Assembly (NCBI GenBank): GCA_963794945.1
Contig: CAWCFT010000006.1
Span: forward strand, 96,001 to 160,000
Reading direction: 5' to 3'
Length of the DNA stretch: 64,000 bases
Origin: Endomicrobiales bacterium
Lineage (GTDB): Bacteria > Elusimicrobiota > Endomicrobiia > Endomicrobiales > CAWCFT01
Each line of letters starts with the position of its first letter. The stretch's first letter is position 1. The notes under the pieces were generated by a model that made no database searches, was not told the DNA's origin, and saw only the letters and a list, made by a program, of their open reading frames with translations. Made by a program: the position numbers and the translations under genes. Below, piece by piece: positions 55,987 through 64,000 of the stretch.

Positions 55987-57435
55987 ATGAAAAAAACCGT
56001 ATCCATTTTTACCCTTTTCTGTTTTATTTACACTTCCATTTTATCCCAGCCCGTAGCAGCGGTATTTGAAAATACCGGAGAACAAAATAAGTTAAACTCG
56101 CTTAAATGTGAGCTGCTTATACCTTACACTTCCGGAAGGATCACTGACGCCAGGTGTTACGACTCAGATATAACTGTTGTAAATATTCAAGACCTGCACT
56201 GCAACGCTGAAGCCCAGACCAACATATCGCGAATTATCTCATTACTCAATGAGAAATATAAACTTAAGAACATCTACGTTGAAGGCGCTATAGGCCAGGT
56301 GGACACTTCATGGCTGACATCAATAAAAGATACAAACCTAAAGAACGAAATTACCGATACCCTGCTCAAAGAGGGCAGGCTCACCGGGCCCGAATATTTT
56401 TTGGTCATGTCCGGCAACCCTAAAGTCCTTCTCGGCATAGAAGACGAGAAGCCGTATAAAAATAACATCGCGCGCCTCAATAAGATCATAGACTGCCAAC
56501 CAGGCATCCAAAACATACTTTCAGCGATGAAAAAAGACGTTGACACCCTGAAAAACAAGTATTACGTCTCCCAGCACCGCCATCTTGAAGGCTTGGCTGA
56601 AAAGTTTAAACGCGGGGGCCTGAGCACTGAGGATTATTTCCGCAAACTCACGCATTTCTCCAATAAACTTAATATAGACATTAAGGATTACAGTAACATT
56701 TCCTGTTTTCTTGATGCTATGAACCTGGGGAAGTCGATAGATTTTAAGAGAGTTAACGGTGAAATGGTTGAATATATTTGTTTTCTCAAGAACAGGATCC
56801 CATTTTCCGCCTACAATTTCCTCACCGGCAAAATGGGCGACACTTCGAAGGCGGACGAACTTTGCCTCAACCTGTTAAAGATGTCCCAGGATTACAATGT
56901 GCCGGTGCCTGAGCACATGCACCAGTTGAGAAACTTTTTAGATTACGTGGCATTAAGCCGGAAGGTCAACCCTATAGCCTTTATCAAGGAAGAAGATATG
57001 CTTATAAGGGACCTTCATTATAAACTGTCAAAAAGCGAGAGTGAAAGAGAAGTTATTTTTCTTATCAGTTATTTCAAGCAGTTAAGCGATTATTACACCA
57101 ACAAAATATCGGCTGACGACTATGCGGAATATTCACAGAATATAGGCCGTTTTAACCTGCTCTGGAAAAAGCACATAAACTCAACCGGCCCGGAAGCCTT
57201 TGAGCCGTACGCGGAGCTTTTCAGCGATTTCTATGCTACGAACCTGCAAAGAAATGAATGTTTTATGCGAAATATTTTCGGAAAATTCGCGAATACCGGC
57301 GCCTCATCCGTCTTTACGTCTCCGTACCCAGAACCAGATCGCGAGAACCTCTCAAACCTTAAAAGACGCAAAAGAAGTAATCGTGGTTGTGACGGTGGGC
57401 TTCCACACCACAGGGCTTGCCAAACTTCTCTCTGA
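55987..57435 (+). CDS. Giant protein B N-terminal fragment: signal peptide and QDLHC domain
   Basis: MKKTVSIFTLFCF; GRITD..NIQDLHCNAEAQ..IYVEG..GRLTGPEY..GIEDE..NKISADDY..RNECF, paralogous to 51270-55502. Confidence 0.82.
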   Translation: MKKTVSIFTLFCFIYTSILSQPVAAVFENTGEQNKLNSLKCELLIPYTSGRITDARCYDSDITVVNIQDLHCNAEAQTNISRIISLLNEKYKLKNIYVEGAIGQVDTSWLTSIKDTNLKNEITDTLLKEGRLTGPEYFLVMSGNPKVLLGIEDEKPYKNNIARLNKIIDCQPGIQNILSAMKKDVDTLKNKYYVSQHRHLEGLAEKFKRGGLSTEDYFRKLTHFSNKLNIDIKDYSNISCFLDAMNLGKSIDFKRVNGEMVEYICFLKNRIPFSAYNFLTGKMGDTSKADELCLNLLKMSQDYNVPVPEHMHQLRNFLDYVALSRKVNPIAFIKEEDMLIRDLHYKLSKSESEREVIFLISYFKQLSDYYTNKISADDYAEYSQNIGRFNLLWKKHINSTGPEAFEPYAELFSDFYATNLQRNECFMRNIFGKFANTGASSVFTSPYPEPDRENLSNLKRRKRSNRGCDGGLPHHRACQTSL

Positions 57436-60400
57436 ACGACATATCTCTTATATGGTTGTTACGCCAAATGTCACTGAAAACCCAACAGTTTCTCAAGCCC
57501 TTTATGTAAAGACCGCGAAGATGCAGGCAAAAATACTTGAACAGGCCCTCGCTCTTTTACTGTTATCGCAAAACCCCGCAAGTTATAAATACGAAGTGAT
57601 GGCCGAGTTGGCCTTGACTGCGCTATTTAGAAATATGGGGAGTACACCCGCGGAAATTACCAGGCAATTGCAGGAAGCCATCAAAGGAACCGGCGAAGCC
57701 AACCAAATGATCTTCAGGAGCATAACCGAGCAGGCGGCGTTGAAGCTCGCGAAAGATAAAAATATCGATATAGCCAGGGCAAGAAATGCTATCGCGAACA
57801 CGGAACCCATAATAGCTTACGACGAAAATACTTCGATCATTTCCTTTTCTTTTGAGGGCCTTACCACGCCGATCGAATTATTGTTCAACAAAAATACAAG
57901 AACCGTCACTTTCAAAGACCGCGAATCCACCGAAAAAGCTTTTACAAGGGAATACCCCAAATATTCGGGCGCTGAGCAAAAAAACTTGTATTATAGGCTG
58001 AAACGCTACCTGAAATTATCCGTGCAATTCGCCCCAAATTACGAACTGCCAGTTATACTTGGCGCGCTGGTTTCTAGGCAGGCTAAAACCGAATTCTTGT
58101 CTTTACACGGGTCCAACTGGCTGCAAAAAATAGCCCGTAGTTTCGGCTTTTTCTCCATGCAATTGGTCCACAATATATTGTCAAGGTTAACCGGTTCCGA
58201 TGCTTTAGCAAACAGGGCACTGATAATAACACACAGGGTATATAACCTGTTATTTTTATGGGCTCCGCTTAAAGCCTTGGCTTTTACAATTTTTATTGAT
58301 ATAAACGACCCGGCAACTACCAGGCAAGACTTGAAACTGCTGCTCAGATTTCTTCCGAATATGAGGAACAGGAAATATTTGATAAATGAATATGTGGATA
58401 AGATAATTGCCGAGCGTTCTAAAGCTGAATTTGAGTCCATTGACGACCTGGGCGGGCGCACAGGGATCCCCGAATACGTTTTAAATGACCTCAAGCGTAT
58501 GCTCAAACTGCCGGACACAAACAAACAAGCGGAAGAAAGCACCCCTCCGGCGGACACAAAAAGCAAAGATACCGCGGCTACTGAAGCTGAAAAAATCAAA
58601 TCGGAATTTCTTGAAGAGCTCGGGCTTAAACCAACTCCCGAATTATTGAAATTAAACTATACAGATGAGCTTATTCCAGAGGTCAATAAATTAAGGCAAT
58701 TCGGCCTTCAGGTTACGCCAAAAAATATTCTTTCAAAAATTGACGCGGCGGCGGAATTTTCAAAAGAAGTACTGGAAAACATCGATCAGCTTGCAAAGGA
58801 TACCGCGGCAAGGGCTAAAGCTATAGATAAACTAAAGATCTTCAACATGCTTCAGCCGGAATTATTCAAAACAGTCACCGAAAACGGCAAACTACTGGGC
58901 GAGTACGCGCCGGTTATCATACCTAAATCCGGCAGCACAAGCGTTAAGTATTACGGAGGGGATGAAATAGGCTGCGGCGGCATATGGATCACCTCAAAAA
59001 TTGGAGAAAAAAACACTTCATTAATGCTTGACCCGGGCATAAATATGAGCAGAGAAGGCCAGCTTTTTGACATAAAATACATGAGAGACAAATCGGCCCA
59101 GGGGATCAGAGACCGGCTTCTTCTAGGCCTCATGCCTAGAATAAAGGGCTTGTGGAGAGACGACCTTACAGAAAAAAATATGAAATTAGGGAAAAAAGAA
59201 CCCCCCGCCGCAGGCATATTGTTGTCTCACGCCCATATGGACCACTCAGGCAACCTTGCTTTTGTGAGGCCGGATATCCCCGTTTACGTTGGCCCGGAAC
59301 TCTGGGCCACGTTGAGAACCCTTGATAATTCCGGCTCGGATGTAAAAAAAGAATTTTTTGAATATCAGAACAGGGAAACGGGGATGATGGAGCGCCGCGA
59401 CATTAGGGTGTTTGAATACGATAAGCCTTTTAAGGTAGGAGACTTGGAAGTGATAGCGGTAAGAGTAGACCATTCCGAATCAGGCGCCTGCGCTTTTTTT
59501 GTGAACACGCCGGAAGGATGGGTGGCCTGGACAGGCGATCTAAGAATGAACCGCGGCATAGATAAATCCGGGAAATATTATTCCTATCAGGGGCTCACGG
59601 AGAAGTTTATCGCAAAAGCCAGGGAGCTCGGCATTAAACTTCTGTTTATAGAAGGCACGGCTTTTAATTCAAACCACGTAAAAAGCACCGAAGAAGACGT
59701 CGCGGTTAAAGCGGATGAAGTCGTCAAAAAAGCCAAAGGAAACCTTGTGCTCGCTAATTTTCAATATACGAACATAGAAAGAATGAATGGTTTTCTGGAT
59801 GCCGCTAAAAAGAACGGAAGAAAACTTGTTATTTCCTCAAAAGAAGCGTACCTGCTTGAAATGCGCAAAGAGAGCCATTTAAGGATGTTTTTAAAACAGG
59901 CCGGGTTTGATAAGTTATATGATGTAATCTACAGAGGAGACGTAGTTTCAAGGAAGATCGATTATTCTGGAGGGGAATCATTGAAGGACGGTATCTACAG
60001 CGGGATAATACTGCAGGCTCAGATATTTCAGAGCTATATCGTTAAAGACCTTCTTCAAGAATTTGAAGAACAGAACTCCTACGGAGGAGAACTGCTTGCC
60101 CGTGTCCTGGGGTATGTGGGTAAAATCAATTCTAACGGCAACAGTATTCCGGATGACAGGCTCGAACGGTTACTGTCGCTTGACAACAAAAACGGCAAAT
60201 ATGACGAAGAAAGCTACAACGCCTTTGAAGCGCGCCGCATGTTCATCAACTGGCTTGAGAATAAAGCAGCGTCTGGAAATCTAAAAGAAATGCTTCAATC
60301 TTATACGGCTGACTATATCGGAGTTTATCCGTATAATAGGGCTGAAATTGACGTAGATAGCGCAAAAGAAGAATTGAATAATGACCGCGCGATCAGTTCT

Positions 60401-63400
60401 CTTATTATTAAAAAATCCTGCCGCACAAAGGACGCGCTGGGTTCACTTGAGCAAGCGGGGCTCACAGATGCCTTTAACGAGATCCTCGATATGCCTGATC
60501 TTTATAAACATGTTGATTTGAATAGGCTTAAACTTGACCCCAGTATCATTGCTTTATTAAACGGCATCAAAGAACAGCTTGCCTCGAACAGAACGCCAAG
60601 TCTGGTAAATACCCGTATGGTCAACAGGGATATTTTGCTTAAGCTTTACCCGAAAACACTGGAAAGGAGCCGCGTATTTAATAAATCAGGTAAAAAATAT
60701 TTTGATGCCGATATATTAGCCCGGAACAGCAGTGAGCTGGCTCAACTTATAGAAGATTCTTATAATACAGTAAAGGAGATAGATGAGGATAAGCTTGAGA
60801 AAACAGTAAAAGCGTTCGATGTGCGCAATTACGGAATACCCGATCTGTACAAAGAAGACGGCCTGCTTGTTTACCAAACCCGCAAAAAATCGGGTACCTA
60901 TATCAAGTCAGATTACAGGCGTTTTGAAAGGCTCCTTTTCACTGATAAATCAATTAAAACGCGAATAATCCGAAAGCTTAAAGACGACGGTAACAAGATA
61001 ATACTGGGAGTAACTGATGAGCATGGCAACACCCGGGAAGTTACGAGGCCTGAAATTATCCTTTGCCTTAATACTCACGAGATATCCGAAATCCGCGGAA
61101 TATCGGAACGCACGGAAGACACCTACCTTATCAATTCGCAATGCCTGCCGTTCAATATGGAAATGATACTGGCCGAGAAAGCCATGGAAGAATGGCTTAA
61201 AAGAGAGAACATACCAGGGGAGAGGCTTAAAAGGTATGATATGCACGCTTCCGGACACCTTATGGATGACCAGCTTCTAGATGTAGTAAAGGAGATTAAC
61301 CCCAAGAACGTTTTTATTGTCCATTCTCAGGGAAGGAAAGAAATGGCGTCTTCAATGATCTATAATGACACCGTCCCTGAGGCCCAGGTCTCGGTTCCAT
61401 CCTACGGGAAAGAATACCAGTTTCTTGACCATGACTCCGCGTACCAGCCGCTTACTCCGGCTATTATGAATTCCCTTCCTTCGGAATTCAGGAAATACCT
61501 TAAAATATTCACAAAAGCGGAACTCGCGGATATTTTTTACGACATGGCGAAGACAAAAACAAAGGAAAAGATGGAAGAAGAGATACTGGCGCGTTTAAAG
61601 GAAGCGAAAAAAAGGGCCAGGGTGTTTACTCCTGAAGGGAAACAGGATTCGAACGACCCCGCGGATGTCAAAGACAAAGTAGCTGAATTAAGGCAATACT
61701 ATATCTCTCAGCTTTTGCGGCTTAAAGTGCAGGAAATACTCGGCATACTGCCCAAACATGCTTTAACCGATGCGGAAATGGGGCTTAACAAGAAAATTAT
61801 TAAATTCATCCTGAAAACCATGTCGTGGCAAGACTTCTTGCTTGAGCTGACAGAGAAAATCAAGGAACAAAGCAGTGATCCAAAGGCGTCGCCAAGAAAA
61901 GAGGCCAGGGCAATATTAAATACCATAGAAGACAAACATTCAAGCATAATACTCTTTCGTTCAACTGCCGAACTGCGCTCGCCTCTTTTGTTCCTGATGA
62001 CATTTAAAAAGGGCACGAATAAGGAATACGCGAAACTTGGGGCTGAAATTATTTACAAAAAAATATGCAGTTTCTTTGAAGGCGTGGAAAGCGAATCCCC
62101 CCCGCAGCTGTTCGGCGGAAACATTGACAAGGCCGTGAAGGTTTTCTCTAAAAATGATGAACTTTTTCACGATGAAGATCTAGAATACGTAAAGGACGCT
62201 CTGGACGGGATGGTGGTCTATTTAGGAAATAAAGAGATCTCAAAGCGTATTTTAGAAAAAGCAGCTGAATCAATCTCTGACATGAATCCGCTTGAAAAAC
62301 CTTTGGAAAACAAGGCGGTGGAAACCGCCGAAAAACTCACTTCTGAAAAACCAAAAGCGGTAATAACTTCCCGCGCTCAGCCTCCACTGGTCATAGTTAA
62401 CCCCGGGTTAGCTTCCGAAATGCACAATTCCGAAGGCGCCCTGTCAGGCGTTGAAAAGCTTCTGGAGCTTGGCTCAAAGGTGGTTATTAAGTGCGATTTT
62501 AACAGTCAGGAACATGTGCTGAACTTTAAGATCAGCCTGATTAAATACCTGAGAAAAGCCTACCCGGTTAAAATACCAGAATACATGCTTGCCAATATAA
62601 TAATTGAAAATTTCGGCAATTATTATGACATAAATAACACTTATATTCAGTACCCGCTGAATAGCAACTCAATAACGCTCGATTCAGGCGAAACCTCTTT
62701 TGAAGAACAACTCAAGGAATTAATTGACGCTATTGAAGGCCATAAAATTGACAAATCCCTTAAAGAAAGCCCCTATTTTAAAGAAAACTCGAAGCTGCTT
62801 GAACAAAATGGTATCTCTGATAAAGACTTTACCCTTACTAAGGACTTACGGCTTCCTTTAACACTGGAGCTGTTAAAAGAATACGGCCTGCCGGCGGACT
62901 TGATATCAACATACGGACTGAAAGAGCTTCAGGCTGTTATTTCAAGAATTAAAAGTTATGGCAAACCGGTAAGCGCGGCTAATCTGGACAAAACTGATGA
63001 AGAGCTGAGCGAATCGTTTTGCGATGAAGCCCTTGATCTTATAACGAGCAACACTGAAAATGACTGGATCCGCCTCAAGGAACTGTTCAATCTTCAGCCA
63101 TCCCTGTTCATGTCAATTACAGGCGGAGGTAAACTGGTTGAAAATAGAAAGGATTTTCTTCCTCAAAAAGCAGGCGGTATAACTTTTTATAACAGGACAG
63201 ACAGGATATCAGGCAATATTATAGAGCTCAGGGATGGAGAGAGTAAGATGTTCCTGGATATGGGCTCAGCAACTAGGAACAATGATGAGTTTTTTACAGG
63301 ATGGGGCGGGTTTAAGGTTGTAGATAAGGTTGAGGGCAGCGCCGCTATAGGCCTTTTGCCGTGGCTTCCAGAAATACTCAGAAAAGACATGTTTAATGGC

Positions 63401-64000
63401 GAAAGTAGCGGTATTATACCTATTGAATCCGGTAAGGTCAAAGCCGTCCTCTTGACTCATGGACACTTAGATCATATCGAAAGCCTCTATGCCCTTGACC
63501 CTGATGTCCTTATTATTTGTTCGGAAGAAACCAGGGCTGTTTTAGAAACGTTTGAATGGATCCAGTCCGATGTCAAGAGCGAATATACCCAGATTGGAGA
63601 CAGAACGGATATGACTCTTTCGCGTTATCCCAGGCTGCCCAGGAACATACTGACATTTAAGGCAAACGAGCCTTTTGAAATAGAAGGCACACCGTTTAAA
63701 ATAAAGCCTATAAGGGTCGGCCATTCGGTTCCCACCGATGCTTTTGTCATTCAGAACATCAATGGGCAAGGTAGCTTATACCGGCGACCTCACACTCCAA
63801 AGCCATGATGGAAACGACACAAAGAAATTCTTTGAGGCAATCGCCCGCGACCCCGATATATTAGCGCTTATTACCGAAGGCATAAACGTGCGGGCTGAAC
63901 AGCGCGGCAGCATAAGAACTGAGCGCGAATATATGGAGAAGGTTGACAAGATAATAAAGGATTCAAATCACAAGCCTGTATTTACAAGTTTTAACTGGTC
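55987..64000 (+). CDS. Giant protein B (>2,670 codons, runs off window; frameshifts near 57300 and 63766)
   Basis: Same N-terminal domain as protein A. After 63766 the shifted frame GKVAYTGDL..LITEG stays open to base 64000. Confidence 0.8.
57200..63808 (+). CDS. Giant protein B fragment: linker, helix-hairpin-helix-like segment, two RNase J-like MBL/beta-CASP domains
   Basis: GGDEIG..LDPG..LSHAHMDH..VDHS..WTGDLR..IEGT..HASGH..VH; second LDMG..LTHGHLDH..VGHS. Confidence 0.85.
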   Translation: MSRTRSFSAISMLRTCKEMNVLCEIFSENSRIPAPHPSLRLRTQNQIARTSQTLKDAKEVIVVVTVGFHTTGLAKLLSERHISYMVVTPNVTENPTVSQALYVKTAKMQAKILEQALALLLLSQNPASYKYEVMAELALTALFRNMGSTPAEITRQLQEAIKGTGEANQMIFRSITEQAALKLAKDKNIDIARARNAIANTEPIIAYDENTSIISFSFEGLTTPIELLFNKNTRTVTFKDRESTEKAFTREYPKYSGAEQKNLYYRLKRYLKLSVQFAPNYELPVILGALVSRQAKTEFLSLHGSNWLQKIARSFGFFSMQLVHNILSRLTGSDALANRALIITHRVYNLLFLWAPLKALAFTIFIDINDPATTRQDLKLLLRFLPNMRNRKYLINEYVDKIIAERSKAEFESIDDLGGRTGIPEYVLNDLKRMLKLPDTNKQAEESTPPADTKSKDTAATEAEKIKSEFLEELGLKPTPELLKLNYTDELIPEVNKLRQFGLQVTPKNILSKIDAAAEFSKEVLENIDQLAKDTAARAKAIDKLKIFNMLQPELFKTVTENGKLLGEYAPVIIPKSGSTSVKYYGGDEIGCGGIWITSKIGEKNTSLMLDPGINMSREGQLFDIKYMRDKSAQGIRDRLLLGLMPRIKGLWRDDLTEKNMKLGKKEPPAAGILLSHAHMDHSGNLAFVRPDIPVYVGPELWATLRTLDNSGSDVKKEFFEYQNRETGMMERRDIRVFEYDKPFKVGDLEVIAVRVDHSESGACAFFVNTPEGWVAWTGDLRMNRGIDKSGKYYSYQGLTEKFIAKARELGIKLLFIEGTAFNSNHVKSTEEDVAVKADEVVKKAKGNLVLANFQYTNIERMNGFLDAAKKNGRKLVISSKEAYLLEMRKESHLRMFLKQAGFDKLYDVIYRGDVVSRKIDYSGGESLKDGIYSGIILQAQIFQSYIVKDLLQEFEEQNSYGGELLARVLGYVGKINSNGNSIPDDRLERLLSLDNKNGKYDEESYNAFEARRMFINWLENKAASGNLKEMLQSYTADYIGVYPYNRAEIDVDSAKEELNNDRAISSLIIKKSCRTKDALGSLEQAGLTDAFNEILDMPDLYKHVDLNRLKLDPSIIALLNGIKEQLASNRTPSLVNTRMVNRDILLKLYPKTLERSRVFNKSGKKYFDADILARNSSELAQLIEDSYNTVKEIDEDKLEKTVKAFDVRNYGIPDLYKEDGLLVYQTRKKSGTYIKSDYRRFERLLFTDKSIKTRIIRKLKDDGNKIILGVTDEHGNTREVTRPEIILCLNTHEISEIRGISERTEDTYLINSQCLPFNMEMILAEKAMEEWLKRENIPGERLKRYDMHASGHLMDDQLLDVVKEINPKNVFIVHSQGRKEMASSMIYNDTVPEAQVSVPSYGKEYQFLDHDSAYQPLTPAIMNSLPSEFRKYLKIFTKAELADIFYDMAKTKTKEKMEEEILARLKEAKKRARVFTPEGKQDSNDPADVKDKVAELRQYYISQLLRLKVQEILGILPKHALTDAEMGLNKKIIKFILKTMSWQDFLLELTEKIKEQSSDPKASPRKEARAILNTIEDKHSSIILFRSTAELRSPLLFLMTFKKGTNKEYAKLGAEIIYKKICSFFEGVESESPPQLFGGNIDKAVKVFSKNDELFHDEDLEYVKDALDGMVVYLGNKEISKRILEKAAESISDMNPLEKPLENKAVETAEKLTSEKPKAVITSRAQPPLVIVNPGLASEMHNSEGALSGVEKLLELGSKVVIKCDFNSQEHVLNFKISLIKYLRKAYPVKIPEYMLANIIIENFGNYYDINNTYIQYPLNSNSITLDSGETSFEEQLKELIDAIEGHKIDKSLKESPYFKENSKLLEQNGISDKDFTLTKDLRLPLTLELLKEYGLPADLISTYGLKELQAVISRIKSYGKPVSAANLDKTDEELSESFCDEALDLITSNTENDWIRLKELFNLQPSLFMSITGGGKLVENRKDFLPQKAGGITFYNRTDRISGNIIELRDGESKMFLDMGSATRNNDEFFTGWGGFKVVDKVEGSAAIGLLPWLPEILRKDMFNGESSGIIPIESGKVKAVLLTHGHLDHIESLYALDPDVLIICSEETRAVLETFEWIQSDVKSEYTQIGDRTDMTLSRYPRLPRNILTFKANEPFEIEGTPFKIKPIRVGHSVPTDAFVIQNINGQGSLYRRPHTPKP

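Noticed and set aside
1..64000. CRISPR array, tRNA or rRNA genes
   Set aside because: No regularly spaced repeat-spacer series and no recognisable tRNA/rRNA sequence seen by eye; a covariance search was not possible.
26613..64000. NRPS/PKS, RTX/MARTX, Rhs or adhesin identity for the giant genes
   Set aside because: No condensation/adenylation/KS motifs, GGxGxD nonapeptides, YD repeats or Ig/cadherin repeats seen; the MARTX comparison is only an analogy.

Overview
Bacterial DNA from a diderm cell (OmpA, Omp85-like and BON genes). The giant-protein style suggests Elusimicrobiota/Omnitrophota-like origin, which is an inference. Many single-base indels, mostly in short homopolymers, suggest a long-read assembly. 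The left 26 kb is ordinary accessory content: msrB, a multi-BON protein, thioredoxin, ArsR/ferredoxin, a YeiH exporter, an arsS-type arsenosugar cluster with a complete IS4 element inserted just upstream (14-bp IR core, 9-bp TSD), envelope/stress genes, a Ser/Thr kinase, an AAA_14-DUF4143 ATPase, a nitroreductase and several palindromic REP-like elements. The right 37 kb is the notable part: two divergent giant genes that share an N-terminal signal peptide and a conserved 'QDLHC' domain. Gene A (55502->26613, minus) appears to be one ~9,600-codon ORF broken by frameshifts. It strings together enzyme domains (2x PHP, degenerate MBL, cNMP-binding, nucleotidyltransferase, HAD, PP-loop, phospholipase D, metallophosphoesterase, ATP-grasp, HEAT, GNAT-like, Mpv17-like, 2x LOG), several of them separated by recurring linker repeats. 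Gene B (55987->beyond 64000, plus) carries tandem RNase J-like metallo-beta-lactamase domains. Together they look like a polymorphic multi-effector platform. Domain calls come from motif recognition only; no searches were run.
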